Source: an uncultured delta proteobacterium
GTDB lineage: Bacteria > Desulfobacterota > Binatia > UBA9968
Assembly (NCBI GenBank): GCA_963816145.1
Contig: CAWFJP010000003.1
Coordinates: forward strand, 480,001 to 544,000
DNA: 64,000 bases
Direction of reading: 5' to 3'
This document shows positions 1 to 12,652 of the stretch, piece after piece (positions within the stretch are counted from its first letter, which is position 1; the number at the start of each line of letters is the position of its first letter). Position numbers and translations under genes: made by a program. Below the pieces are notes generated by a model. It saw only the letters and a program-made list of their open reading frames with translations, was not told where the DNA came from and made no database searches.

Positions 1-31
1 CTTCAGCATCTTCGCTTTCCTCCCTTATCCC

Positions 32-57
32 GTCATTCCGGTGCAAACCGGAATCCA
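32..57. repeat. Single CGTC-tagged REP-like palindrome (family A)
   Basis: GTCATTCCGGTGCAAACCGGAATCCA; same 26-bp unit as the arms at 2425, 3572, 12517, 49762 and 56717. Confidence 0.75.
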
Positions 58-80
58 TCTTAAGATCTTTCCCAGCGACG

Positions 81-1121
81 TCAATCCTCCACCACCTGCA
101 CCGCTGCCTCGACGCCGTTGCGCTTGAGGATCTCGACATACTCGCGCTGGATCGCCGGATCTTCGTCGGCCATTGGAATCATCGTCCAGGCCGGATTGCG
201 AAATCGGTCATGGCTGTATTTGGGACTATCGCCGCGCATGGCGAAGTGGCGCATGTTGCCTTTGCCGGTATTGAAATGGCCATGCCACATGAGATCGTTG
301 GGCGAGTAAACCGTGCCGACTTTGAATTCATGGCGCTGGCGCTCCTCGCCATCCCGCCACAACACCACATAACCCTCGCCCTGGGTGATGATGATCACCG
401 CCCCTGGCCCGTGCCGATGAAAGGTGCTGCGGCAACCGGGCGGAAACTCGGACACATGACAGCCGTAAGTCGTATCCGCCAGCGTGTAGCGCATATGCTT
501 GACGTTCTTGCCCTTCATCGGAAAGTCGTCGAGAGGGAAATGATTGACGTCCGGCACCAAGTTGGTCTCCCAGTAGCGGTCGGTGACATGCTTGTTGTAA
601 CGCAAAAACTCGTCGCCCTCATGAAAGCGGTCGCGGAAATTGAACGGATTACGGAAAATAAAATCCTCGTTGTGAAAGATATTGATCATCGCCGGGCAAG
701 TCGTGCCGACAAACAAACGGATTGGCTCGCTGCCCGAACCATTGAAGTGGATATAGGTGGAATTTAGCGGGATCGCAAAGATCGCCCCCGGCCCCCATTC
801 GAACGTGACTTTGGACTTCTCGTCCTGCCACACCGAGGTCGCGCCGCGCCCTTTGGCGACATAAACGATCTCCTCGAATAAATGGCGCTGCGGCAAAGTC
901 TGGCTGCTCGGCGGGATCTCGCAGACGTAAGCGTCGGTGCGCTGCTGATTGGAAAGGTTGAGATAGCAGCCCAACACCCCCATGCGCTCCCATTTGCCCA
1001 GCTCGAGGGTGGTCACGTCATTGACAACATTGCCCCTGACAATAGGAATACCTTCCTTTTGCAGCAATAGATCGTACGGCGTCGGGCCAAAATCCAAATG
1101 TTCGCGAAACGGTAATAGCAT
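81..1121 (-). CDS. Bicupin-domain protein
   Basis: 346-aa ORF with two cupin motifs (QRHLFEEIVYV...H and FHRHGPGAVI...WHGHFN). Confidence 0.8.
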   Translation of the reverse strand: MLLPFREHLDFGPTPYDLLLQKEGIPIVRGNVVNDVTTLELGKWERMGVLGCYLNLSNQQRTDAYVCEIPPSSQTLPQRHLFEEIVYVAKGRGATSVWQDEKSKVTFEWGPGAIFAIPLNSTYIHFNGSGSEPIRLFVGTTCPAMINIFHNEDFIFRNPFNFRDRFHEGDEFLRYNKHVTDRYWETNLVPDVNHFPLDDFPMKGKNVKHMRYTLADTTYGCHVSEFPPGCRSTFHRHGPGAVIIITQGEGYVVLWRDGEERQRHEFKVGTVYSPNDLMWHGHFNTGKGNMRHFAMRGDSPKYSHDRFRNPAWTMIPMADEDPAIQREYVEILKRNGVEAAVQVVED

Positions 1122-1197
1122 CGCTGGTTCTCCCCATTAGTCTCGTATCTCATAGCACGACGCGAGGCAACGATCACTCAAATCGACCGATGATGTT

Positions 1198-1231
1198 TAA
1201 TTCTCCATTATCAATTCTCCATTTTCCATTC
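1198..1231. repeat. Short degenerate heptamer tandem repeat (ATTCTCC/ATTTTCC)
   Basis: aattctccattatcaattctccattttccattc in the intergenic region. Confidence 0.5.
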
Positions 1232-1277
1232 CTCCCTCCTGTTGCCTAATGCCTATTGCCTCTCCTATATTCCGCCA

Positions 1278-1676
1278 ATGAAAGATAGCCTCTGTCCCGG
1301 TCTCACCCGAACCGCGTCCTATCAAACCACCATCGATATGCGCGCGCGCCAGCTCAAAGCCGATGTTTTCTCGACGCCGTCGATGATTAGCTTGATGGAA
1401 CGAACCTGCACGGAGCTTACAGAACCCTATCTCGATGACAATGAACAGACTGACGGCATTCACATCGACGTGCGCCACTTGGCATCGACGCGCATCGGCC
1501 AAGGCGTCACCATGAACGTCGAGATCATCGAGGTCAAAGGCCGCAAGATCCGCTATGCCATCGACGCCTACAACGACGCCGGCGTGAAGATCGGCGCGGG
1601 CACCCAATGGCGCGCGGTTGTCGACACCCAGCGCTTCGCCGGTGGGATCGACCGGGAGGCTGACTCTGCGGGCTAA
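1278..1676 (+). CDS. Hot-dog-fold thioesterase (fluoroacetyl-CoA thioesterase FlK-like)
   Basis: VFSTPSMISLME and G-I-H-I-D-V-R-H-L-A motifs; ATG at 1278 preferred as start. Confidence 0.75.
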   Translation: MKDSLCPGLTRTASYQTTIDMRARQLKADVFSTPSMISLMERTCTELTEPYLDDNEQTDGIHIDVRHLASTRIGQGVTMNVEIIEVKGRKIRYAIDAYNDAGVKIGAGTQWRAVVDTQRFAGGIDREADSAG

Positions 1677-1817
1677 AAATACTCGGCACCTATCCCCCAC
1701 GGAGCCATGTCGGCGAGTGCCATGGTTCGAGCGGCGCCTTGGCGACAATGAATTCTTGTTGCACCAGTGCGCCCGAACGGCGTAGATTCCACCATCAGAC
1801 GAAACTAGGAGGTCTTC

Positions 1818-2378
1818 ATGAAGCTATTTACCTACCGGCCTTGACCCTACGCCCACCGGACAAGGATTGTCCTGGCGGAAAAGCATCTCCCCTATGAGAC
1901 CATCGAGTGCGATCTCAAGAACAAATCCAAGGAATTGCTCGAACGCAATCCCTACGGCAAAGTGCCGGTGCTGGAAGACGACGGCGCGGTAGTCTACGAG
2001 TCGGCGATCATCGACGAGTATCTCGAAGAAAAATATCCGGCGGTTCGCTTGATGCCGAGTGACCTGGCCGAGCGCGCCCGCGCGCGCATCTGGATCGACT
2101 ACTGCAATACCCGCCTGCAGCGCGCCGGCGGCTTCGTCGCCCATGATTACAAAGTCGAGCAGTCCAAAGCGGAGATCGTCGAGTATTTGAGATTTCTCGA
2201 CGCCCACATGCGCGGCCGCGACTATATCGCCGGCGAGTATTCGCTCGCCGATATCACTTTTATCCCGTTTTTCACCCGGCTTGACCGTTACCAAGCAACC
2301 GTTGGCGATGACCTGCCGAATGTCAAAGCATGGGTGAAACGGTTGTTGGATCGACCGGCGGTGCGAGAAACGCTATAG
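1818..2378 (+). CDS. Glutathione S-transferase with in-frame UGA (probable selenocysteine at residue 9)
   Basis: RBS AGGAGG, then ATG 1818 reads MKLFTYRP-TGA(1842-1844)-PYAHRTRIVLAEK in frame with ORF 1935..2378 (NPYGKVPVL, ESAII, YSLADI); TGA sits at the Cys of the CP(Y/F)A(H/Q)R motif. Confidence 0.85.
1853..1875 (+). promoter_or_regulatory. Candidate bacterial SECIS element
   Basis: GGACAA(1858-1863)-GGA loop-TTGTCC(1867-1872), extended by CCA/TGG; G-first apical loop begins 19 nt after the UGA. Confidence 0.65.
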
Positions 2379-2424
2379 TCAATTGGAGTGATGTGGCTAC
2401 GCTAGACCGCTGGCCGCCAATTCC

Positions 2425-2505
2425 GTCATGCCGGTGAAAACCGGCATCCAGGGGGGAGTGGCGGGGCGGAATCGAAGCCTGGATTCCGGCCTCCGCCGGA
2501 ATGAC
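2425..2505. repeat. REP doublet (REPIN-like), family A, 81 bp
   Basis: Two inverted 26-bp arms GTCATGCCGG...ATCCA / TGGAT...ATGAC with a 29-bp spacer. Confidence 0.85.
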
Positions 2506-2547
2506 AGACACGGGAATAACAAACATGAACGGAGACTTATTTCGATC

Positions 2548-3536
2548 ATGGTTAGTTTCTTGGGATTACTAATTTTCATTTCATTGTTGGAGCGCCAGCA
2601 AACCTAGTCCATGCCGCCACCAACCTGACGAAAGTCCTCCTCACTACCGGCTCGGTGAGCGAGCGCGAAGCGGCCGTTTACGTCGCCCAAGAACAGGGCT
2701 ACTTCCGCAAATACGGTGTCGAAGTCCACTTCGTCCAGACGCGCAACGGTCCGGTGGGCATGGCGGCGCTCAGTTCCGGCGAGTCTCAGTTTCACTGGGG
2801 CTCGGTAACCGGCGCCAACCTCGGCGCCATCGCCGAAGGTGCCGATATCGTATTCGTCGCCGGCTTCATCAATCGCCTAACCGGCATGTTCATGGCCAAC
2901 CCCAAGATCAAGACCCCTGCGGAGTTGCGCGGCAAGAGCGTCGGCGTCAACAGTCTCAGCGGCGGCGGCTGGATCTTTTCCATGCTGACATTGGACCATT
3001 GGGGCCTATCGCCGGAGCGCGACAAGATCCAGTTCCGTTCCCTCGGCGATCAAAGCGTCATGGTCCAGGGGCTCATGGCGGGCACTGTCGACGCCGCCCT
3101 GGTCGGCTACGCCCATGGGAGAAATTTGCAGAACAAAGGCTACACAGTGCTCGCCGATGTGGAAAAGCTGCCGATTCCTTACCAAGGCTCAGGATTGATG
3201 TCGCGACGCAACTTCATGCGCGCTCAACCGGCGGTGGCGGAAAGTGTCTTTCGCGGCTTGATCGACGCCGTCAATTTTATCCGTAATCCGGCCAATAAGG
3301 CCGAAGTGATGCGCGCCGTCGCCAAGGGCATGCGCTTGGCAAAAGTGGAAGACGCCGAGGAAGGCTACAAAAGCCTGCCGACGATATACGACCAGAAAAT
3401 TTACCCCAGCGTCGACGGCATCCGCAATGTCATCCGTCTGCTTGGCACGACCAATGAAAAGATTCGCAAATTGAAGGCAGAAGATCTGATCGAAGATGCC
3501 GTGCTCAAGAAGCTCGAAAAGGAAGGCCGGTTCTAA
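2548..3536 (+). CDS. NMT1/SsuA/TauA-family solute-binding protein (probable frameshift in signal peptide near 2577)
   Basis: ORF 2655..3536 has GYFRKYGVEV, LRGKSVGV motifs; hydrophobic leader MVSFLGLLIFI from ATG 2548 lies in a different frame. Confidence 0.75.
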
Positions 3537-3571
3537 AGCTCTACTCGCAAAATCGATGCTGTCACTCGTTC

Positions 3572-3652
3572 GTCATTCCGGCGCAGGCAGGAATCCAGGT
3601 TTTCTTCGAGTTCGCGAAAACCAAGATGGATGCCGGCCTGCGCCGGCATGAC
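3572..3652. repeat. REP doublet, family A, 81 bp
   Basis: 26-bp inverted arms with 29-bp spacer, between convergent genes. Confidence 0.85.
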
Positions 3653-3659
3653 ACCCCGC

Positions 3660-4857
3660 TCAATTCACGAATTCGATCACGTCCAGGCCACGTTCCTTAT
3701 CCGTGACCCACAGTAAACCGCGGTGGTCCTTGACGACGTCGTTGGTCAGCGGCGCCGCCACCCCATCGCCTGGTTTCGGAATGAAGTATCCGCGCTCCTT
3801 GGGGTTCTCCGGGTCGTTGATGTCGATAATACGCAAACCGCCGGCGAACCAGGTGACGTAAAGCAGATTGTCCGCGTCCACCCGCTCACGTAATTGATGG
3901 GTGCCAAAGCGTACCTTATCAGCCGGATACGGCGTCGCTGACTCGGCCAAATAACGGGTGTGAAGCAGCTTCGGTTTCGTCGGATCACTGACATCCCAAG
4001 TCCGTAGCGGCCCGTGCGGCTTGCCGGTATCGGCGCCACGGTGGGTGCGTTCTTCCTCCGTCGAGACAGCGATGCGCTTACCGCCGATGGCATGGGGAAC
4101 TTTGAGAAAGGTGTGGGTCGGCTCCGGGCAAGGCGGGTCATATTGCACTGCATCGTAATGCGACAACGTGCGCGGCGCCATGATGTCACTGACATCAATG
4201 ATCGCGACGCCCGACATCCAGCAGCCAGCATACATTTCGTTGCCGCAGCGCATGGCATGGTGCAATCTGTGCTCGGCATGCTTCGGGTGCGGTGCGTCGC
4301 CGCCGGCGACATGCTGCCCCTGCATCCACCAACGGGAGACTTCCACCGGTTTCACCGGGTTGCGGATGTCATAGATGACTAGAATATTGCCGACGAATCC
4401 TTCCATCTCCGTGGAGATATAAGCGTAGTTCTCGTCGCAATCGAAGCGATGCACACCCTTGCCATGGGTTTTCACGAAGGTGATGAGCTTAGGATTTGTC
4501 CTGTCTTTGATATCGTAGATCCGAAAGCCGCCGTCGGGATAATCCCCGTGTTGACCGGGACCGCGCTCGAACTCGGAGTTGACCAGCATCAGAGTCGCCG
4601 ACCACACGCACCTTGTGCGAGTGCGACCAGGGGTGGTTTGGCATCAGCGTGCTGACGACCTTCGGCTTGCGTGGATCGGCAATGTCGAGGATCGTCGTTC
4701 CCTGGACCCGGTGTTGATGGCCGACATAGGCATAATTCTTATCAAGGACGATCTGCCCGCCGCCCTCAAGCTCCATCCGGCTAAGATGGCGAATATTCGC
4801 CGAACCGCGCGGCGCGTTGCCGCTGTCGCTTTCCGCTGTGGCCAAAACTTCATTCAT
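3660..4857 (-). CDS. LVIVD-repeat beta-propeller protein (single frameshift near 4590)
   Basis: Repeated xIxDVSDPxxP units; ORF 4489..4857 (…HSHKVRVVGD) joins ORF 3660..4607 (LMLVNSE…) through one extra base. Confidence 0.75.
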
Positions 4858-5041
4858 GTTACACCTCCATTTGCAGCCGCGGTCTCTAGCGGCGATGCCT
4901 TATAACAAGTCAATTTGCGTGTTTCGCGTCGTTCGCAGATTACAATTATCCGCTTCGGAACATCAACCGCTTGCAGATAATTCTCGGCTTGCGGCCCTTC
5001 TGCTGACTTCCTTTCAATCTCGTCCGGCCCGCTCGTGGCCC

Positions 5042-5069
5042 TTGACACCTGTAGCATATAGGCTACACT
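5042..5069 (+). promoter_or_regulatory. Sigma70-type promoter with palindromic TA operator
   Basis: TTGACA (5042-5047), N16, TACACT (5064-5069); inverted repeat TGTAGC-N6-GCTACA (5050-5067); ATG follows 6 nt later. Confidence 0.65.
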
Positions 5070-5075
5070 CCGCCC

Positions 5076-5363
5076 ATGCGCGTGAGAATGACCGAAGTCT
5101 ATCAAGACTGGATCAATTCTCTGAGAGATCGGGTCGCCCGCGCTCGTATCCAGGTTCGCGTCGATCGTTTAGTCCACGGCAACCCAGGACAATACCGAAA
5201 TCTGACCGACGGCGTCTGCGAATTGAAAATGGATTTCGGTCCCGGCTATCGCGTCTACTACACGGAGCGGGCCGGCGCCTGCGTCATATTGCTTGCCGGC
5301 GGCGACAAATCGACGCAGCAACGAGACATCAAAACCGCGATTGCCTTAGCTAAAAACCTTTGA
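5076..5363 (+). CDS. Type II TA toxin, RelE/ParE/HigB family (addiction module killer protein)
   Basis: GVCELKMDFGPGYRVYY and LLAGGDKSTQQRDI motifs. Confidence 0.9.
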   Translation: MRVRMTEVYQDWINSLRDRVARARIQVRVDRLVHGNPGQYRNLTDGVCELKMDFGPGYRVYYTERAGACVILLAGGDKSTQQRDIKTAIALAKNL

Positions 5364-5373
5364 AGGGACTGCC

Positions 5374-5691
5374 ATGCGAAAGAAAACCGCCAAAGCCACT
5401 GCGAAAACCAAGACCGTTCCCTACGACGTAGCCAACCAGTTGCGCACACCCGAGGAAATGGCTGCGTATCTGGACGCGTGGCTCGCCGATGCGCCCGACG
5501 ACGCCGCCGGGATCGCCCGCGCCCTCGGGGACATCGCCCGTGCCAAGGGCATGTCGAAAGTAGCGCGCGATACCGGTCTAAGCCGGGAAAGCCTTTATAA
5601 GGCGCTAAGCGACACCGGCAACCCAAGCTTTGACACCGTGCTGAAAGTCGCCAGAGCGCTCGGATTACGCCTGCACGCAGAGGCGGCTTAG
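5374..5691 (+). CDS. Addiction module antidote protein (HTH antitoxin)
   Basis: [30 protein letters not shown]…GNP motif; directly downstream of the toxin. Confidence 0.9.
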   Translation: MRKKTAKATAKTKTVPYDVANQLRTPEEMAAYLDAWLADAPDDAAGIARALGDIARAKGMSKVARDTGLSRESLYKALSDTGNPSFDTVLKVARALGLRLHAEAA

Positions 5692-5713
5692 CGCTCGATG
5701 AGCGCGTCGACTT

Positions 5714-8785
<3,072 letters not shown>

Positions 8786-9854
8786 GGCCTCGATGATCGC
8801 CTTGCGAATATCGCCCTCGCCCGACTGGTTGGACGACATCGAGCCATTGGCGAGGACAAACCCTGCGAGTCCGGTGGGCGCGAGGTGGTGGATGAAGTGT
8901 TGCACCCAGGCGTAGTTGGCGTTGCGCAGCGGGCGGCGTGCCGTAGACCCAGCGCTTATCGTTCTTGAGCAGTTCGCCGCGCCAGTCGCTGTCGTTGAAC
9001 GGCGGATTGGCCAACACGTAGTCGGCCTTTAAATCTGGATGCGCGTCGTTGTGAAAGCGTATCGCCATGGCCGATCTGCGCATCGATGCCGCGGATGGCG
9101 AGGTTCATCTTGGCCAGGCGCCAGGTCGTGTAATTGCTCTCCTGGCCGTAGATCGAGATATCGCCGAGCTTGCCGCTGTGCGACTCGATGAACTTCTCGC
9201 TGCTGACGAACATGCCGCCCGAGCCGCAGCAGGGATCGTAGACGCGGCCCTTGTACGGCGCGAGCATTTCGACCAGCACGCGCACGACACTCGACGGCGT
9301 GTAGAACTGCCGCCGCTCTTGCCATCGGCACTGGCGAAGCGCGAAAGAAAATATTCGTAGACGCGCCCCAGCGTATCCTTGGCGCGATCGGCCGCGCTGC
9401 CGAGCGCGATGTCGCTGACGAGATTGATGATCTGGCCGAGCCGCTGCTTATCGAGTCCGGGCCGGGCGAAATCCTTCGGCAACACGCTCTTGAGCGACGG
9501 GTTGTCGCGCTCGATCGCCGTCATTGCATCGTCAACTAATGTGCCGATGGTCGGCTGGGGCGCGTTCGCTTTTAGATACGACCAACGCGCTTCCTTCGGC
9601 ACCCAAAAAATGCTGGCGGCGCGGTACTCGTCCGGATCTTCCGGCTCGGCGCCCTGCGCCCTCTGCGCTTCAAGCTCGGCGTGCTTGGCCTCGAAGGCGT
9701 CGGAAATGTATTTGAGAAAAATCAGGCCGAGGACGACATGCTTGTACTCCGCCGCGTCCATGTTGTTGCGCAGCGCATCGGCCATCTGCCAGAGCTTCGC
9801 TTCATAGCCGAGATTGGCGGCGCTGTCGTTCTTCGTAGATGTCGGTCTTGCCAA
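8786..9854 (-). pseudogene. hsdM: Type I restriction-modification M subunit, C-terminally truncated and frameshifted
   Basis: LWQMADALR…[32 protein letters not shown]; homology ends at [11 protein letters not shown] where hsdR sequence begins. Confidence 0.85.
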
Positions 9855-9901
9855 TAACCACCTCTGTTGCGAATCTGACCTAAGGTGTGGGACGAATCCA
9901 G

Positions 9902-10894
9902 CTAAATCTTGAACGCCTCCACCGTCTCCCGGGCGAACAATTCATCCAAAACTAAGCTTCTGCTTGGTCAAGCCCTTGCTCGAACAGATAGCCGTTCAAC
10001 GTTTCGAGATTGTGGCGGTTGGGCTCCAGACCATAGGGCCAGTAGTCTGTCGACATCAGCGCGGCAGTGTCTTCGAACTCGGCTGAAGTCCAGGGCAGAG
10101 CTACGCGCAGGATATTGGTGTCGTAGAGATCGCGCATGCAGATTTCTTTCGACGCGCAGAAGGCTTTGTATAACGTCTGCGCCACCCAGGGGTCTTTCTC
10201 GTAGATCGACCGCTTGATCACCAGGACATGCATGATCGGAAACAGGCCGGTAGTTTTGAAAGTAATCCATCTCGACCTGCCGGTAGTTGGGGAACAAACG
10301 CTTCACTTTGGGCGAGCCCTGGAGAAAACAGGTCGGCATGCGCGGCGACATCATGGCGTCGATCTCGCCGTTTTCGATCATGACATTCAGCGTCGTGTCG
10401 GGGCGGCTTTCCATGGTCACGCCCGCCGGCATCTCGAAGTCGACCCGGTCCTTGCGTCCGGGATGCTCCTCGCCCGCCTGCACCCAATGAATCGCCGACG
10501 GCGGCACGCCGTACTCATGCTCGAACATGCCGCGCAGCCACACCGCCGCGGTCATGGAATACTCCGGCACGCCCATGCGCCGGCCGCGCAGGTCTTGAAC
10601 GGATTTGATCCCCGAATCGGTGTTGACGAAGATGCAGCGATGGCGAAAGGTCCGCGACGGAAACACCGGGATCGCGACAAACGGCCGGCGCCCGCGCGAC
10701 GCCGCGGTCAGAAACGCGCCCATGGATAGTTCGGAAACGTCGAACTCCTCGTACTTCATCATGCGCCAGAAGATTTCCTCCACCGACATGACCATATAAT
10801 TGAGCTCGATGCCCTCGGGTTTGACGATGCCGTCTTTGAGCGGGCGCATGCGGTCGTAGTCTTCGCAAGCCAGGGTGAGATGGAGATTCTTCAT
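9902..10894 (-). CDS. 4,5-dihydroxyphthalate decarboxylase-like protein (frameshifts near 10250 and 9960)
   Basis: [56 protein letters not shown] motifs. Confidence 0.75.
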
Positions 10895-11565
10895 TTGCCG
10901 CGCTTTCTAATCGTGTTCTTTGTCGCTTGGGCTCGAGCGACCAGCTTGACGAACTGTTGCATCTCTTTGACCAACACCTTCTTGCCTTTGCCTGTGAGCA
11001 AAGCGCCAAGGTACGCGCTGCCGAGACAGATGCCGGTGACGCCGACTCGAACGTACTCTTGAACGTTTTTCAGGTTCACGCCTCCGGACACCATGAAGCG
11101 CACTTCGGGAAACGGCCCCTGCATCTGGCGAATGAAATAAGGCCCGCCGGCCAAGTCCGCGGGAAATATTTTGACCAAGTCGGCATGAGCCCGCTGCGCC
11201 GCGATGATCTCGGTCGGCGTCGCCGCGCCGGGGAAACAAGCGATGCTAGCCGCATGGCAAAGGCCGACTAGGTTCAGCTCCAACGAAGGCGACACAATGA
11301 ATTCGGCGCCGACGCCCATCGCCCGCTCCGCTTGCTGCGGCGCCAATACCGTCCCGGCACCGACGTGAATACCGCCGCGCCGGGTCAATTCTTTGATCAC
11401 GTCCAGTGCGCCGGGAACGCTGAAGGTGATTTCGACGAACTTGATGCCGCCGTCGGCTGCGGCGTTGGCCAGCGTAAGGGCGTCATCCGCGCTCTGCGAT
11501 CGCACGACGGCGACCAGGCGACTGGCGTGGAGTTCGGCAACCAGTTTGATTCTGTCAATGCTCAT
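10891..11565 (-). CDS. eda: KHG/KDPG aldolase family
   Basis: VEITF, VGAGTVL, FIVSP, PGAATPTEI, VKIFPA motifs. Confidence 0.8.
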   Translation of the reverse strand: MSIDRIKLVAELHASRLVAVVRSQSADDALTLANAAADGGIKFVEITFSVPGALDVIKELTRRGGIHVGAGTVLAPQQAERAMGVGAEFIVSPSLELNLVGLCHAASIACFPGAATPTEIIAAQRAHADLVKIFPADLAGGPYFIRQMQGPFPEVRFMVSGGVNLKNVQEYVRVGVTGICLGSAYLGALLTGKGKKVLVKEMQQFVKLVARAQATKNTIRKRGK

Positions 11566-11588
11566 CTTTCTGGATCCTGAACACTCGT

Positions 11589-11652
11589 TGTCATTTCGAG
11601 GCAAAGCCGAGAAATCTCTGCGAAGAGATCTCTCACTTCGTTCGAGATGACA
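11589..11652. repeat. REP doublet, family B (TGTCATyTCGA…)
   Basis: TGTCATTTCGAG…GAGAAATCT / AGATCTCTCACTTCGTTCGAGATGACA. Confidence 0.75.
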
Positions 11653-11671
11653 ATTCGCAGGCGGCGTCTCA

Positions 11672-12439
11672 TTAGCTCAGACTCAAGCCGCCGTCGACCA
11701 ACAGAGTCTGCCCGGTGACAAAATCCCCGCCGGTGATCAATCCGAGGATCGCCCCCGCTATATCCTCCGGCGTCGCGATGCGTTGCAGCGGATAGCCCGC
11801 CGACGCTTTGGCAATCACCTGCTGGTAGTCCGCGCCGAAGTGCTGGCTCATCCACGGCGTGTCGGTGAATGCCGGCGCCACGCAGTTGACCCGCACCTTC
11901 GGCGCCATCGCGACGGCTAAACCCTTGGTCATGTAAATCAACGCGGCCTTTGCCGTACCGTAAGCCAAGGAAGAAATCGTTGACGGCGCCAGCACGCCGG
12001 AGATCGACGACACGTTGACGATCATGCCCTGATTCGCTTCGAGCAGCTTTTGCGCGGCGCGGGCGCAGCGAAACGCGCCTTTGACGTTGACGTCGAGTAT
12101 CTCATCCCATATCGGATCGGTGAGCCCTGCGAGATCCGCCAGCTTGACCCAATGGGTCACACCGGCGTTGTTGACGACAACATCGAGACGGCCGAACTTA
12201 TCTTCGATCGTCTGAATCATCCTCCGCACTTGGGCATCGCTCTGAACGTCGGCCTGTAAAGCCAGCGCCTTGACGCCACCGCGCTCGAGATCCAGCGACA
12301 ACGCCTCGGCTTCCTTACTCGATTTCCGATAGTTCACGACAATGCCCGAGACACCAGCCTGCGCCAGCGCGCGCACCACCGCCCCGCCGATCCCACCGGC
12401 GCCGCCGGTCACGAGTGCCACTCTACCGCTTAGTTCCAC
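11672..12439 (-). CDS. SDR family oxidoreductase
   Basis: TGGAGGIG, NNAG, YGTAK motifs; GTG start assumed. Confidence 0.9.
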   Translation of the reverse strand: MELSGRVALVTGGAGGIGGAVVRALAQAGVSGIVVNYRKSSKEAEALSLDLERGGVKALALQADVQSDAQVRRMIQTIEDKFGRLDVVVNNAGVTHWVKLADLAGLTDPIWDEILDVNVKGAFRCARAAQKLLEANQGMIVNVSSISGVLAPSTISSLAYGTAKAALIYMTKGLAVAMAPKVRVNCVAPAFTDTPWMSQHFGADYQQVIAKASAGYPLQRIATPEDIAGAILGLITGGDFVTGQTLLVDGGLSLS

Positions 12440-12516
12440 AAAACCTCTATTGCTAATTTGCGAAAACACCGGGCTGGTTTGGCAATCGCGCGTATGAGAT
12501 AAAACCCGCTGCTGCC

Positions 12517-12597
12517 GTCATGCCGGCGAAAGCCGGCATCCAGGTTCGCATTGCGCATCGGTTCCAAAAGATGGATTCCGGCATACGCCGGAATGAC
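12517..12597. repeat. REP doublet, family A, 81 bp
   Basis: 26-bp inverted arms with 29-bp spacer. Confidence 0.85.
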
Positions 12598-12652
12598 GGA
12601 TACGAAGGCTCGATGTCGAAGCAAGATCACCTCCATTACCATCCGCAATTCT

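Noticed and set aside
2323-2579. Small ORFs with VIPAEAGIQ-like peptides (also near 12430, 49662, 56614)
   Set aside because: These are translations of REP palindromes, not supported genes.
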